A DNA stretch of 64,000 bases, taken from contig NC_087437.1 in NCBI RefSeq assembly GCF_036321535.1, forward strand, positions 105,030,001-105,094,000, read 5' to 3'. The position numbers were made by a program, and so were the translations under genes. This document shows positions 52,577-64,000 of the stretch, one piece after another (the first letter of the stretch is position 1; the number at the start of each line of letters is the position of its first letter). The notes beneath the pieces were generated by a model that worked only from the letters and a program-made list of their open reading frames with translations, had not been told where the DNA came from and ran no database searches. This stretch comes from Camelus dromedarius. Taxonomy: Eukaryota.

Positions 52577-52720
52577 ATTCATTCCTTTATTTATTAATCC
52601 ATTTAACAAACACATATTGAAACCCTACCATACGTCAGACACTGGGACAGCCCTGAAGATGTAGGGACGAGGAAGAGACAGGGTTTCTCATCCATCCCGT
52701 GCTTCTGGTGCAGGAGTTCC
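52577..52720 (-). mobile_element. L2 3' end (antisense)
   Basis: 'attcattc...catttaacaaacacatattga...ctaccatacgtcagacactgg'. Confidence 0.7.
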
Positions 52721-54104
52721 ACAGTGGCCAGGCTCAGTCTGAAGTCTGAGTCCCCAGATGTGTGGTTTTCAACTTTGTTGTTCCCTGACACAAAGAAGTA
52801 TTTCTCATATATTGAATCTCCACGTTTGTGAGAGCCAGAATGAACTGTGGATCATTATAAAGTAACCCTCCCACCCCCAACCAAAAACGAAAATTCTGGT
52901 TCAATTCATTTAGGGTTAGTTTGGGGCTTATGGCTTTCAAAATATCTGCAGAGGAGATTTTCCATGTGGAAAATTTACATGTTATCATGTAGTGTTTTCT
53001 CCACATATTGTTGGTGTACTCACTCAGGTATTAAAAAATCATTTGGAGAATTAAAACAAGAAAATGGCTTAACTAAAATTGTAGAGAGACTGAAATCCAA
53101 ATATTGATATGCATTTCTAGGAGTGCAACGTACTGCTGAGAATACCTTTGTCACTAAAACAATCTAGTTAATTATGTTGTGTTCTTCACTTTTATATCCG
53201 CTGTGTAAATGGAATACCTTTATGAAAACAGTTCCAATTTACGTTGCAGACCTAAACTTCTGCCTTTGACCACAGAGGAACAATATATACCCAGAGCTAA
53301 AAATGTAGACTTACTTGAGATCTGAAGATTTGCTGGGTATTAAGACATATCCTTTTCTTAGTGCCCAGAAAAAAGAGAATGGAAAAGTGTAAAAGAGGCA
53401 TGCCTTCTAGATAGTTACACAGAAGAATGAAGCTTTCAGCCAACATAAAGAGTATTATTACAACGAGCCCTGATTCTAGACGCCCTGGCGTTTTCTGTAT
53501 TCCTTTAAAAGCCTTCAATGGTTTTGATCTCAATGTTTATGTAAAATAAGTCTCTGAATACTGAGACAAAGAATTTGATTGCAGATTATTACTAGTTACT
53601 TCATGCGTGTTGAGATTAATAAACAAAAATAGAGAAAGGGTTGCCTATGTATTATGTAAAACACACCACAAGAAAATGCCTCTCTACGGCTCTAAGTAGT
53701 TTAAATGATCGGGTTAAACAAAATACAATTACAAGATTATCTCTCAATTTTCTTCTAATTTTTTCTGATCAGAATTAGATAGGTCTTTTGGTTAATGTTA
53801 AGCATTATCCACACAATATAGAAAATGTTATTATTATTGAAGATTTGTGTTGAAGTTGAATTTTCAAAACAAATATAACATACCAGAATAGCAGGTGCTC
53901 TAATATAGAATAGATACTGAATTTTTCTTACTGTCCAAATCATTTCTTCAGATAGTGTATCTAGTTTTATTCGTTAGTCTTTTTAGTCTAAATATATTGA
54001 TAAATGCTATCCTTCTCGTTTAATATGTCAAAAGCATTTGAAGTGTACGGTATGTTTCAGTATTGTCCATCACAATAAAAAAACATGGGCTCTTCCACTT
54101 ATTA

Positions 54105-54290
54105 CAGACAGTGGTTAAGAATATCAACTCTGGCATGAATCAGACCAATTTGGCTCAAGTTTCAGCTCTGATTCTTCCTCAAACAAGACCTTGAGGATGT
54201 CATTTAATCCCCCATAATTCTTCTCCTTCTCCTATAAAAATGGGGGTAAATCTCATAGAGTTTTCTGAAAGGTTAACATCCATAAATTAT
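54105..54290 (+). mobile_element. MIR SINE remnant
   Basis: 'cagtggttaaga...actctgg...ggctcaagtttcagctctg...gaccttgagg...tataaaaatgggg...ctcatagagtt'. Confidence 0.7.
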
Positions 54291-55268
54291 AGGCATTATT
54301 ATATTGTTATTTTTAAACATAAGTTTACCTGACATAAATTAATTTTATTAGAAATAAACACAAGCCCAATTTGTGAAAATTTCAAGGAACTTTGAGACAG
54401 AGTTTGCCTTGGGAGCTTTATCCTGTTCAGCCAGTGAGGTAATTCAGCTGAGGACACCAAACAATGGCACTTGGACTTGAAAGGTATTTGCTTTGGAAGG
54501 GTTTAATTTGACTGTTTTTTAATTACAGTTTTCTCAATACTCCCAAATGATTTTTATGTCCTTTCCCAGGTTGATAGTGCTTATTGATTTGATCCTTGGA
54601 GTCTTCTCTCCAGAATTCTTAATATTTCCTTCTAGGTATTATCTCCTTTAAAATGTCTTTCAGGCTTTAGACTTTTCTGGGAGAGAAACTAAGAAGTTTA
54701 TATACAACCAATAAGAGGGTTTTAAAAAAGCTGCATAAGTTGAAAGTACACACCTCCTAATGGAACTGAATTTTGAAGGGAATTTGAAAATTTGATTTAT
54801 AAAGTTCATGTGTTGCTGGCTGCCACATACAGAGACATACTCTCATAACATTCCCTAAGTAAATGCCGAAGTATTGCAATCAAGACTTGTCCAAAAGTAA
54901 AGACTAAGTATTCTTAAGTGCTCAAATATTTTCACAAAACCCTAAAAAAAAAAGCCTCTATTCTATTACACACCTCAAGCAAGGCAAATTCTTTTTAACT
55001 TTGAATCTTAGTATAAATTTTATTAAGTAACAGAAAAGTATACTTTAGCAAGAATCTTACTAAATAAATTTAAAGAGTGTCAAATAGTGAGCCATGCTCG
55101 TTTTACTAAAAAGTAAGAAATTTATGTCACTGTGTCAATAGATTATTTCGTCCTGGGTGATGGCACATAAACTGACTTGCAAACCAGTCAAAAAATGAGA
55201 TTGATTCAAAAGAACTAGAAGGGGTAAAAACAGAATGGGTCAGAAAATCTCATGAAAAGCAGTGAATA

Positions 55269-55831
55269 TGTTAGGTGGGTAGATAAGTGGGGGCACTGAG
55301 CAGTTAGGTGGAGAAGAGGGAGGATGGTCTGGAAGATGGTGCTGTGCCCGCGTCCAGCATAAAGGGACTTTACTTCTTCTAAATGAGTGCCAGCAAAAAG
55401 CAAACAAACAAAAACACTGCTTAAAACCCAACAGCCATGACCACACAGTAATAGAAAGGACTTAACCAGACAAGACCAATATTCACTGTATTATAATTAA
55501 CATTGCAGTTTAGGCTCCCTCATGGGTTTTCCTGTGTGCACCCTGGGTAAGGACATGCGCAAAGGGGCCAAACATAACTAAGCACTCCAGGGACAAGAGC
55601 TGTCAATCAATCAAAAGATCACCTCTAAGCAAGGGTGTAAGAGAAAGGGGAGACAAAAACTGCTGCTTTGCCTCCCTTGGATCAACCTGCCTCCCTTTCC
55701 TGGGGGTGCACTCTTCCTTTCCTTTTAAATTTATCTTTTAAAATCTTTCCCTACACCATGCACTGTCTCCCAACTGCAAACTTGTCTTTCAGGTATGACA
55801 AGAACCAGGGTCCTTACCTTTTGGGGTAACA
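55269..55831 (+). mobile_element. ERV1-type solo LTR (563 bp)
   Basis: Inverted termini TGTTA...TAACA, 4-bp TSD AATA/AATG, U5-like 'gacaagaacc...ggtaaca'. Confidence 0.75.
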
Positions 55832-57687
55832 AATGTACCTTGGGACTTTGCATCATAGAGCTAATAAGATGAAAAATGTATACTTTTTTTTCTCTCAGTT
55901 CACAAGTTCACATAGAGAGATACTACGTCAAATATTTCTAAAAGTCGAACATTCTATTGTTTTATCATATTAAACTAGAAATAAAACATAGTGATTTGCT
56001 TAGTTGTAAAAATGCGTCAAAGTTATTGCTTATCCAAAAAAAAATCCCAAGGAACTGAAAGTCACAGCACTCCTTACATTATTAACTGAATTATTACATT
56101 AACTAAAATTAACATGATACACAGTTGTAAAACAACTGGTATAAATATGGCTGAAATGTCCAAGTCACTGAAAAATTAATTTCCTCATAACTATGATATC
56201 AAGATGTTCTGGTCATGGAACAATTTATCTTTTTTATAAGTGTAACAAAATGTTAATAATTGCAGTAAGATTTAAAGGGGATTTTAAGATCTTGTCACTA
56301 AATTGACAAAAATTGAGACTTTTCTAACTAGACATTGTTCTATGAAACTTATACCTCAATCATCATTTTCTTCAGCAGGTTGGTTACGTGTGCATTCAAG
56401 CAAAAATTAACTTATTTCCATTTTATTAGTGAATGAATAAATAAGGAACTAAGCCAGATCATTGCTTCCAAACAAATACAAAAACTACTTGGGGAGGCAT
56501 GCCTGCTTAGATATTTCTACTGCTCCTGACATATACCAATCTCTTCTACTGCCACCCCTCAGGAAGCTGTAGTTATTCTGTGAGAATTTATATCTCCCTT
56601 TGTTCAAGCTAAGTTCTTCCAGGAATGTTTTTGGATAATGCTGAGTCATGAAAAGAGAATTAAGAAGTTCTTAGTCACCCCTCATCTCTACCAACCTTGG
56701 AACCATGTCTAGGGGTTGGTTATAGATATACTATTAATAACACAAAAAATAAAATATCTTGATTCAGAATGAATTCTCTGAGTCAGACGAATCTCTTCAA
56801 GATTCAAGACAAGCATGCGGTTGTTATATAACTCATACTTCTCTTGTGAAAAGTGAGGACAATAACTCATTTAGAGAAAAGAGAATAAGAACTATGTTAC
56901 CTGTGACAACTGAAGGAACTTAATAATCTCCACAGCATGAGTCAGCTAAGATTAAAGCCTAAAAATATGATTTTATTGGCTTTGGACTTTTCAGGACAGA
57001 TTTCAGATCTTCAAAAGCAGCTAGAAATTGAGGAGGGAAAATACATAAAAGAAAAAGTCACATGGGGAAGACTTATCTGCATATTAACATGCTGGAAAAC
57101 ATTGGTTGTAGCCTGAATGCGGATGCATGTAGTGGGCATTAAGGAGTCCAGTAGAAAGTCAACACTGGAAGACATGAAGTGGTGAACAAAGGTGCTGCTG
57201 ATCAATACAGAGAAAATATAGTTTGCAGAGTAAATCATGCCAACTTAAACAGGCTCGGTAAACAGCTAAGGCTTCCCATTCAAACCTAAGGATTGCTACA
57301 TGGTAGGGCCAAATACTACAAATGTATGATGGCAAAGAGATTAATCCTATGACTAAGAGCAAATAAAACAGTTCTACCATGCAAAGTGTAAAACCAAGCC
57401 TACAAAATACCAGTACGCTGAATTAGTAATGTATTTGCCAGATAAGATGATTAAACAGTCTTCAGAAGAATATAGTTAAACCCAAACCAACTGAAACATA
57501 TGGTACACAATAGATAATATATGATAATAATAAAAATCAGTAGAAATGCCAAGAAAGAAGAAAATGTGACACATTGTTAGGACAAAGAGCAGTCAATAGA
57601 AAAAGACACCAAGATTAAACAGATCCTGGAATTAGAAAACAAGGGCTTAAAGCATCCATTTAAAGCATGTTCAAGACCTTAAAGCTA

Positions 57688-57711
57688 AAAAAAAAAAAAA
57701 AAAAAAAAAAA
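57688..57711. repeat. Poly-A mononucleotide run inside the old L1
   Basis: Directly visible. Confidence 0.9.
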
Positions 57712-58916
57712 ATTATAATGACTACCTATATGGGTATGTAGGCACTGAAGAGGAAATTAAAAACATAAATAAACTGATATTCTAGAGCTAAAAATATAGT
57801 ATCTGCAATAAAGCCATTAACAGGATGAGTTAGCCACAGAACCTGAGGATAGTTGAAAGATGTTATTCAATTTGAAGACTAGAGAGAAATAAAACCCAAA
57901 AAGAGAACAGATACTATGTTACCGGTGAGCAATACAGTTTTCTAATATAAGGGTAAACAGAATCTTTTAAGAAGGAGAAAGAGAGACTGACCAGAACAAA
58001 AGCATATTTGGATAAATACATGGGAGTACATGTTCACAAAACAATATAAATAAAAGATCTTAGAAGCTCAATAAACCTCAAGCAACACATTGTAAAATAA
58101 AGCAAAAAGTCCTTAGTCACATCACATTCAAACTGTTGAAAGCCAAAAAAAAATTTTTTTAAGCCAATTGGATGAAAGTGGCATATTACATACAAAGGAG
58201 CCACAATAAATACAGCCTGTGTCTTCTCAGAAACAATGGCTGCAAGAAAACAACAGAAAGAACATCATTCAAGTGTTGAAATAAAATCGATCAACTCAGA
58301 CATGTACATATAAAGAAAATATCCTTCAAAAATTAATGAAAAATAGAGGGGTTTTTTGTTTGTTTTTTTGTTTGTTTTTTTTGCAGATCAATGCAAGTTG
58401 AGAGAATTTTTCTCTAGAAGACCTCCACTACAAGAAATGCCAAAAGAAATTTTAGGTTGAAAAGAAACAATACAAGGTGAGAATTAAAATGGGCTTAAGT
58501 ATTGAGAGCATGAAAAAATAACAAATATCCTTATCAGTATAATGTGAAATTCATGACAAAAATAGCACAAAGAAAGAAGGGATGTATTGAACTATATTGA
58601 TGTAATGATCTTTAATTTCATGGAAAATGTTCAATTACTAGATGCTGACAACAGGGATGAGATCATAACACCCTGAAAATCACCAAGATAAATAAAAAAT
58701 AATATTAAGTGTTACAGTTTAAAAGCCAATAGAGGAACTAAAATAGAATAGCAGAATAAATAATATATCCCCAAAAAAGCAGTCAAGGAAGAAGAGGGAA
58801 AAAATGGTAAGCAGAAAACAAAAATAAAACAACAAATGGACAAACCCATAAATCAGAATATCTGCATTAAATATTAAGAGATAATTTAGTTTGAACACAG
58901 CTGTTTTTCCCACTTC

Positions 58917-59394
58917 TGTAGGTAAGGGAGGGAGCTCGTCCTTTACATGATATGAAACGATTGAACAAACAATGCCTGGCAGGGGACAGATGCGATGGAC
59001 TGCGATTCATACCCGCAGACTCACAGCCTGGGGGAGAGGGCACTGCATGCCAGGCAGGGCCACACGGGGCTGCACAAAGGAACAGTGAATTAGCAAAGGC
59101 TTGGAGAGGTGGGCTTTGTAGTAAAAAGAGGGTGGCGTGACCCTGGTTTTCTGAGGAAAGATGTTATTAGCAAACTCAAACAATTCCACACGCTGGCGGG
59201 AAGCTGAGGCTTGCTCCTAGGAATAAGCAGGCACTGTGTCTGGTCTCCCTGACAAAAGGGGTTTGGTCAGCAAGGGAACCTGATCTTGTAGCCGAGGTGG
59301 GAGGGAAACTGGTGGGTAGGCTATCTGAGACCTTCCCCATGTTACCAGACGTCAAGACACTACTTAATATTCAATCTTAATTTCAGGTCTCACA
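58917..59394 (-). mobile_element. ERVL solo LTR (MER74-like) nested in L1M
   Basis: TG...CA GC-rich island interrupting the L1; 'gccaggcagggccacacgggg', 'taatttcaggtctcaca'. Confidence 0.7.
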
Positions 59395-59962
59395 CTTAAA
59401 TGGCCTGGCTGGATTTTTAAATAAAGTTTCAAGTATAAGAGGTCTCATAGAAAAAAAAACAATTTAAACATAAAAAAATCGGATAGAGTGACAGTAACAG
59501 GATTGAAAAAGGCATGCACATAGTAAAAATAAGAAAGCAAGAGCGTCTGTAATTATACCAGACAATACAGATTTCAAGACAAGGAGTATTACCAGTTACA
59601 AAGAGGAACTTTTTGTATTGGTAAAAGGGCAGTTTTACCAGCAATATATACTATGATGGAATATATATGTACTGAAAATTAGGACTTTATAATACTTGAA
59701 GCCAAAATAGAGATGACTTAAGGAATAATTAGACAATTTTACTCTCGTAATTTAGTATTTTAAAACACATTTATCAGAAATTGATAGAACTAGATAAAAT
59801 ATTAAAAAGCACATAGAATATTTTAAAAACATTATCTTTATCTGGCAACTTACCTGAATTGAAATGTATATAATACTATATCCAATTTTTCAGAATTCAC
59901 AGAGGAATTTCACCAAAATAGACAGTATGTTGAACCATAATACGCCTTAAAAAAAAAGAGTT

Positions 59963-59996
59963 AAAGAAGGAAGGAAGGGAGGAAGAAAGAAAGGAA

Positions 59997-60041
<45 letters not shown>

Positions 60042-60097
60042 GAAAAGAAGGAAGGCAGGCAGGCAGGCAGGCAGGCAGGAAGGAAGGAAGGAAGGAA

Positions 60098-60131
<34 letters not shown>

Positions 60132-60283
60132 AACAAACAAACAAACAAACAAACAAACAAACAAACAAAAAGAAAGAAAGAAAGAAAAGAAAGGAAAGAA
60201 AGAAAGAAAGAAAGGAAGAAAGAAAGAAAGAAAGGAAGGAAGGAAGGAAGGAAGGAAGGAAGGAAGGAAGGAAGGAAGGAAGA
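59963..60283. repeat. Compound tetranucleotide microsatellite (GAAA/GGAA/GGCA/CAAA)
   Basis: Directly visible; it accounts for the FLSF/LPSF ORFs at 59897-60384. Confidence 0.97.
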
Positions 60284-60368
60284 ATAGTATGTTCTTTGAC
60301 CACATGGATTAATTTAAAATAATAAAAAAAGCAATCAATTAGAGAAGACCCAAATATCTGGAAATTAA

Positions 60369-60395
60369 ACACACACACACACATACATACACACT
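60369..60395. repeat. (CA)n microsatellite
   Basis: Directly visible. Confidence 0.9.
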
Positions 60396-60400
60396 ACACT

Positions 60401-60733
60401 TCATTATGGCCTGAATGTTCCAACATTTCTGTGTTAACAACCTAAACCCCATGATGATGGCATTAGGAGCTGGGGCCTTTGAGAGGCACTTAGGTCTAGT
60501 GAGTCCTCATGTTTGGGACTAGCGTCTTAATGACAGATTCTAGAGCTCCCTAGCCCTTTCCACCACATGTGGATGCAATGCGGACGTCTGTGACCTGAAC
60601 GAGGGCCCTCACCCGGCCAGGCTGGCACCCTGATATTAAACTTCCAGTCACCAGGATGGTTAAGAACACTTCTGTTGTTCATAAGCTTCCCAGCTGTGGT
60701 ATTGTGTTATGGGGGCCCAATCAGACTAGTACA
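60401..60733 (+). mobile_element. MaLR solo LTR (MLT1A-like) nested in L1M
   Basis: 'tatggcctgaatgtt...ttaggagctggggcctttgagagg...gctggcaccctgat...acttccag...tgtggtattgtgttat...gactagtaca'. Confidence 0.88.
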
Positions 60734-62552
60734 CATACGTTTTTAAATGATCCATGGATCGAAGAAGAAATTACAAAGGATTTGGAAAGTGAATGAAATG
60801 AAATCACAACATATTAAAATATGTGGGTTACTTCTCTAGCTTTAATTACGTAGCTTTAAATTTTTATATTAGGAATAAGAAAGGTTCAATATCACTGAAC
60901 TGTTTTCATCATAAAAAGCTAGAGAATGAAGAGAAAATTAAACACAAAGTGAGAATAAGGAAAGGAATAATAAATATAAGAGCAAAAATCAATGAAACAC
61001 AAAACAATATAAAATATTAATAAAAAGTTTTTTCTATGAGAAACTTAAGGAAGATTGGAAATGAAAAAAAAGAGAGAGAAAATGAAACAATTACTACCAG
61101 GAATAAAATAAAAGAGAGATGATAAGATAGAGATCATACCAGAATTAAAATAAAATACTATTATGAAAAACTCTACGTCAATTAATTCATCACTATAGGT
61201 AATATTGAAAAAAAATTCTTTGAAAAGTAGACCCTACCATGACTGTCACAAAAGATTAATAAGTAAAAAATCAGACTAGGACTATACCTGTGAAGTAAAT
61301 TAAGATTTCTATTTTTAAAAAATTCCACAAAGAAAAACGTCCATCGCCAGATAACATGAGGTGTGAATTCTGTGGTTCATTTAAGGAAGAAGTATTGAAA
61401 TCTTAGAAAAACTATTTATGGTAACACTGAGGAAGAGAGAAACATCCCCCACTGATGTGTCAACCTGACAAACACATTATAGGAACAGAAAATTATAGTC
61501 TAATGTCATTCATGGTGATAGACAGAAGAAACCTTACCAATACATTAGCAATTTGAATGAATCTCTATATTAGAAAAAAGTCTAACTTAATAATCAAGTG
61601 AGGTTTATCTCAAAAATGCACTTTGTTTCAATATTTGAAAATCAAACAATATATTTTGCCATATTAGCAGATTAAAAATGAAAATGATATAACCACCCCA
61701 GTAGACGTAAGTTACTAAATAAAATAAGTGAACAGTATCATCAGAAAATTGGTAATAGGAGGGAATTTCTTCAATCTTATTTATAAGTGGAGTCTACAAG
61801 AAACCTAGTGTTAACATCATATTTAATTGTAAAATAGTGAACACTCTTCCCATCTCAAGATAAGGAAAAATTTAAAAAACTCCTGTCATCAATTCAATAA
61901 AATATTCCTCTGGCTATCTTAGCCTCCAGAACAAATAAAAATAAATGAAAGAAGTATACAATATACTTAGATTGTAATATTAAAATGTTCATTCTTCCAA
62001 AATTCATGTATAGATGAAATGCAATCGCAATGAATATTCCAATATGCTTTCTTTTGAGACTTGGACAGTATATCCTAAAATGTATATGAAAATAAAAATG
62101 ATCAAAACTAACCAAAACAATCTTTAAATAGAAAGACAAATTAGGAAGACTTACACTGCTTGACTCCAAGACTTTGTCTAAAATTACAGTAGTCAAGACA
62201 GTGTAGGAGTTTGGAAGTGGCAAAAGGACAGATACAGATTAATAGAACAAAACAGAGAATCCAGAAATAAGCCCATACATTCAATTGATTTCAGCAAAGG
62301 CATCAAAGAAATTTAATTGAGAATGGATGATCTTTTCTACAAATGGTGCTGAATCTACTGGCTAAAGAAATACAAAAAATGGACTTCAACGCTTTATACT
62401 TGATTTGGAATACGTGCTAACTTTCATTTAACATAATCATAATCACATTCCAACTTTTCTTAAGCTTGAAAATTCATACTTTTTTAAAATTAGGCCTTTC
62501 TTAACCTTTAAAATAAAACAACAGCAATAGATTAAAAAAAAGAAATTTCTTC

Positions 62553-62706
62553 TGCATAGCACAGGGAACTATATTCAATATGTTAGTAACCTATAATAAA
62601 AAAGAATATGAAAATGACTGTATGTATATATTTAGCTGCAATATTATGCTGTACACCAGAAATCGACACATTGTAACTGACTGTACTTCAATTTAAAAAA
62701 AAAAAA
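62553..62706 (+). mobile_element. Short lineage-specific L1 3' end with A-tail
   Basis: 'tagcacagggaactatattcaata...ttatgctgtacaccagaaatcgacacattgtaactgactgtacttcaatttaaaaaa'. Confidence 0.9.
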
Positions 62707-62829
62707 GGTGGGGGAGAATGCAGCTCAGTGGTAGAGGTCCTGCTTTCAATCCCAAGTCCCTCCACTAATCAGCTAAATAAATAAATAAATAAATCTATTT
62801 ATCGCCCCCCCCCAAATAACAATAAAAAA
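62707..62829 (+). mobile_element. Vic-1-like SINE at the L1 A-tail, with an internal deletion
   Basis: 'ggggagaatgcagctcagtggtagaggtcctgctttcaatcccaagtccctccact...(taaa)n...cccccccc-aaa'. Confidence 0.85.
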
Positions 62830-64000
62830 TATCTCACAATCAATAAAGGAATAAACCACTTAGCAGAATTCAAGTTAATTACCGTTAGCCAGACAATGAA
62901 GACAAGATTGCTATCATTTCCTTCATGTGAGCAATAGTTCCAAGAGGACAAGAATACTAGTTTCATACTCTATTTCAAACTGATCTATTTTTTTCATAAC
63001 CAAAACATATAACGTAAATCAACACTGAAAGATTATAAATGTGGATGTCCCAGTAGAGAAGTTAGTAGATGCTACAGTGTGGCAACAGGCTCTTTTAACC
63101 TTTTTTCTTCCTAAGAGAAAAGGTTTTAAATAGTCGTGTTTTAAAATTTAAAGAGGTTTTGGATCTACATTGTTTTCAACATCCCTACACTGTTTGCTGA
63201 CATAGATACAATGTCATTAATCTTATTTCAGCCATAGTTTTAAATAATAACTGATATCAAATGCAAACACAACTAAAAGTCCAGTCTGAGATCACAGTTT
63301 AATTGCAAAATTATGAGCAGTTTTGGGGTGAGAGTGGAGTTCTCTAACAAAGTGTTTTAGAGCTTTCAACAAAATGAGTTATCAGAACGAATTTGAAGCG
63401 CTCGGTGTCTTCATCTCCAGCCATGAGTATGAAAATCTCTGGCCCCTCTGTTGCCCAGCTGAGTGAGGTAAAAGAAAACAAGGCTGGTAAATGCTATAAG
63501 CTTGGATGCTTTGGAAGAAAAAAAACCAATAGAATGAAATAATGATGGAGAAAACAGTGTCTCCTTTCCCAAGCCAACAAAGACACAAATTATAAAATGA
63601 ATGCAATGAATGAAACATGAAAAATTTTGACAAAATAGTAAAAACATTAAACTGGGGCTTATCTTCCCCTCTGCACATAGCTTTTTTTTTGTAAAATAAG
63701 GAGAAGCAGATGGGAGAGAGAAGTGTGTGCAGCAAGGTAGGAAGGACGCCAAGCAGAAGGGTTGCTCCCAGTGGAATTACACGTGAAAAGAAATTGTGGA
63801 AACAAGGTTACTGTGAATGCTTACAAATATTTTGCTATTTTGCTTTCTCTTTCCTCTTTTCCAGTTTCTACTGCCACTCATTTGACCTTTCATAAAAACA
63901 TCTTCATCAGCTTTTGTTTTCATTATGTGTAACAGAAGCTGTGGAAGGATAGTGGGAATGACTATGTAAATGAAAATTTAAAAAGTCCACATTTTATTCC

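Larger units (their letters stand above)
56900..62400 (+). mobile_element. Long ancient L1M remnant (ORF1 through ORF2) with nested insertions
   Basis: Colinear degenerate ORF1 (57.5-58.5 kb), endonuclease (58.85-60.3 kb, 'gtatgttctttgaccac'), RT (61.3-61.9 kb) and C-terminal region ('ttaggaagacttacactgcttgactccaagact...gtagtcaagacagtgt'). Confidence 0.85.

Noticed and set aside
59897..60384. Three overlapping minus-strand ORFs up to 145 aa
   Set aside because: Translations of the tetranucleotide microsatellite
63382..63752. Overlapping 113-117 aa minus ORFs and an exon-like patch at 63386-63467
   Set aside because: Weak splice signals, F/S-rich chance composition, no homology that I recognise

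Overview
AT-rich, CpG-depleted mammalian non-coding DNA, either intergenic or inside a large intron. It is most likely camelid, inferred from three tRNA-derived Vic-1-like SINEs and cetartiodactyl-type L1 3' ends. I see no intact protein-coding gene, RNA gene, CpG island or prokaryotic/CRISPR system. The only recognisable gene sequence is a decayed, 5'-truncated processed RPS2 pseudogene (minus strand, ~15871-16578). Much of the rest is layered transposon debris: ancient L2/MIR, L1M, MaLR/ERVL/ERV1 solo LTRs, Tigger5/MER45/MER5 DNA elements, and younger L1 and SINE copies with target-site duplications (TSDs). The ORF-track peptides are repeat-derived, antisense shadows or chance ORFs. Points worth a second look are modest: a possible AP-1/TATA promoter followed by a 147-nt GT-AG intron (~47.65-48.2 kb), an orphan ~80-bp L1 5' end, a CpG-retaining old LTR, and a few repeat-free, motif-rich segments. 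Repeat family names are recognised from memory of consensus sequences, not from a search, and boundaries are approximate unless a TSD is given. I found no convincing undescribed biological system.
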